DNA from: Takakia lepidozioides
Taxonomy: Eukaryota > Plantae > Bryophyta
Assembly: GCA_030704615.1 (NCBI GenBank)
Contig: CM060732.1
Coordinates: 16,616,001-16,680,000, forward strand
Reading direction: 5' to 3'
DNA: 64,000 bases
This document shows, in pieces, positions 61,583 to 64,000 of this stretch. The translations under genes and the position numbers were made by a program. How positions within the stretch are numbered: the stretch's first letter is position 1; each line of letters opens with the position of its first letter. The notes beneath the pieces were generated by a model, which saw only the letters and a program-made list of their open reading frames with translations, searched no databases and was not told where the DNA came from.

Positions 61583-64000
61583 CACTAGAAGCATTCGTGT
61601 CTTTTTCGAATCGACTGCATGTCCGTGACCACTCCAGGAACCACTTGGTAGTAAACGGGACTACTGGAGAGTCGAAACAGACAAAATTTGAAAAAGCCAA
61701 AATTGCAAGTGGTTGTAATTACTGCACATGCGACTACAAATTTTCATTCCTAATTCGATTAATGGAATAAAGATATTTATTCATTAAAGTGAATATGTAG
61801 TCGACTCAACGACTCCATGAACCACTGCGCATTCATTGCACCCATGACTCGGCAGCACATTTGCTGACGTGGCTTTCACAAAAAGAGGTAAACAAAATGT
61901 GGCCTTGGGGGAATAGATATTTTAATACATGCTGCCTCCACCTGGCCTGTCTGGCAAGGATGCAAGTGCTGCGTCGAACATGGCGGGACGTGGGAATGCA
62001 AATCCTGACACGGCAAGGCCTTCGTATACTGTGAGCGCGCGTAGTGGCTTCTCAGAACGGTGTGACATCGGGTTCTTGGTCATTCAACATTTACAGAATG
62101 TGCTGGATGGAGGCACGATGGAGCGCACGGAGAGGTAAAGGCTGAAAGCGTTCATTAAGGTTGTGAACTACAATTATATCATGCCAAACCAGTTTTTCGG
62201 TACGCAGATGGTGTCATGAGAGATTCTGCGATTTGCGCATAGGTGGACTTAATTTTGATGTTGACTTGAAGGCAAATGTGACACCAATGAAACTGGAAAC
62301 TACAGGTAAGATGATGGCGTGCTACATCGCGACATAAACCTGCATTTGACATTCAGGCTTAGGATTCATGCAATTTGGTGCTACTCAGGCCTGCACAGTT
62401 CCAGAGCAGAAGTGGGAGCCCATCCCAGGGATGGGGACCTCGTAAGTGCTTCTTCATTTTGTACTCACCTTGTTTTTGCATCGCACTTGTGCTACAAGGG
62501 GCAGAGCCATTCATTTGGCTGGAGGTTCAATTCCTCTACAAGTGAGCTATTCCCGTGTCACTATAATCAGATAGATGTGTTTGTGGTGGTTGCTGGATTT
62601 GCGGCTCTGGGGTGTCTTGCCAAGTGCTTGCAGGGATCAACGTTAATGTGGACGGGGCAGTACATGTAGCATAAAAGCTCATTCACTGGTGAAGAAGACC
62701 ATGTGCGAACATATGTCATGCTATTGCTTCGAGAGTGCTGCTGTTGGGCAGGTGGGAGAATGGAACAACGGTGAGAAGGAAAGCAAGGGACGCACAAAAA
62801 GGTGTCGTTCGGTCCTGTTCCTTTGGAGACACCCCCCATTCCACTGGTCTTTGTTCCTGGAAAGCATGCAGATGGGCCAGAAAATGCATGCACACATTCA
62901 CGTCTACTTCCCGTATATGAAGACGATCCTCTCCTCACATGTCAGAAACAATATGGGCAGAACAAAAAAGGTTTGTTCACAAGACAGTCAGTGACCACAT
63001 ACCCATACATTATCGATACTATTAACTGTCTCGCCCTTGCTTATAAGCAGGACTGTACAAAATGGGTTCTAAGGACAGTAAGAGTCCTTAGCATAGCTCT
63101 CGTCTATGAGCTGCTGGCTTAATGGACACTGAGATTCAGCTGGGCTCACTATCCGTATCCAAATAATCTTCCCCTTCACTACCCACATCTGCAATTTGCC
63201 TGGCGGTAATTACCAACCCTGGAATGTCTTCCTCATTAAAGGTAACTGCTCCTTCCAAAGAGACTGGTTCGGCCGTATCTGGTAGATTTCGTGGTTCCCT
63301 CAGACCCTCGTGGTCGGCATTCTCCCTAGGTCCAGATCATGGACGTCGGCAACGACTCGTTTGGCCCGGGGGTCCTTGTGAAGAACCACCTTCCATCCCG
63401 GCGCATGGATGTCATCTGAAAAGAAAACTTGCTCAACTTGCGATGGGAAGATGAATGGCTCTTCATCTTGTGGTAGCATTTTTCTGAAATCAGCAAGGAG
63501 GAACCCGTACTCATCCCGTTTCATGGTGGCATTCTCTCCTACCATATTGGCTTTTACCCAAGAACAACGGAATAGAATTGGCTTCACAAGACCATAGTCT
63601 AGTTTAAGGATCTCTTTGATCACTCCTACATATTGCACATGGCATGAAATTGGATTCTGATCTTGTGCACAGCTCCTACTCTCTTGTTCAAAAAATGATG
63701 CCACTCCGCTGTCATAAGTCACCAGGAGGCTGGTGTTGGCATCGTCCACTCTATAGTGATTGCCATATGCTTTCATTGACCGGTACGAAGTGGCAATCAG
63801 CCCTGGGGGGAATGACAGACTCACCATGCCCTCATCTGGGTCCTCGTTCTCTGATGCGTACACTGCAATTGCAGATCTGACCCACACTGTAAAGGGCTGC
63901 AGCTCCTCCATTGTTGTCGGGTACTCCACCGGGGATCTGCGCCTACGACCGCCCCTCCGCCATGCTTTTGCAAATGCTCTCCATTCCGTTTTCAGGCGGA
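61583..64000. mobile_element. Second CACTA element, left terminus CACTAGAAG..., extends beyond the window
   Basis: CACTAG begins exactly where MULE copy 3 homology stops; CACTA transposase C-terminus at 63.3-64 kb. Confidence 0.8.
63300..63929 (-). CDS. CACTA transposase C-terminal (DUF4216-like) region, partial
   Basis: SMKAYGNHYRV, YVGVIKEILKLDYG, LFRCSWV and EEPFIFPSQVEQVFF; homologous to 31102..32013. Confidence 0.88.
   Translation of the reverse strand: MEYPTTMEELQPFTVWVRSAIAVYASENEDPDEGMVSLSFPPGLIATSYRSMKAYGNHYRVDDANTSLLVTYDSGVASFFEQESRSCAQDQNPISCHVQYVGVIKEILKLDYGLVKPILFRCSWVKANMVGENATMKRDEYGFLLADFRKMLPQDEEPFIFPSQVEQVFFSDDIHAPGWKVVLHKDPRAKRVVADVHDLDLGRMPTTRV

Overview
Eukaryotic, transposon-dense nuclear DNA, most likely from a non-seed land plant (inferred from spliceosomal introns and plant-type TE and gene families). 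Left to right it holds: the 3' half of a Ty3/gypsy LTR element (1-4621) inserted into a large Mutator-like (MULE) element (4622-~15824); a CACTA element (~15.8-40.4 kb) interrupted by a second, near-complete copy of the same gypsy family (16402-29352); a second MULE fragment; CACTA and hAT ends; one apparently intact host gene (PEND/At3g52170-like N-terminal domain plus 3 RRMs, 46401-53787) whose introns carry (GA)n-associated LINE copies; and a third MULE cut by another CACTA. The most notable system is the first MULE. Divergent from its DDE/SWIM transposase it carries an intron-containing accessory gene with a ParB/Srx-like domain (VWDGNHR) and a possible beta-class amino-methyltransferase start (DMILLDIPDG), cut off by the gypsy LTR. 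Its non-coding regions contain about 30 copies of a GGAAAT(T/C)CGGCGCCG(A/G)ATTTCC palindrome whose centre-to-centre spacings are almost all near multiples of 10.5 bp. All TE genes here are decayed copies. Domain calls come from motif recognition only; no searches were run.
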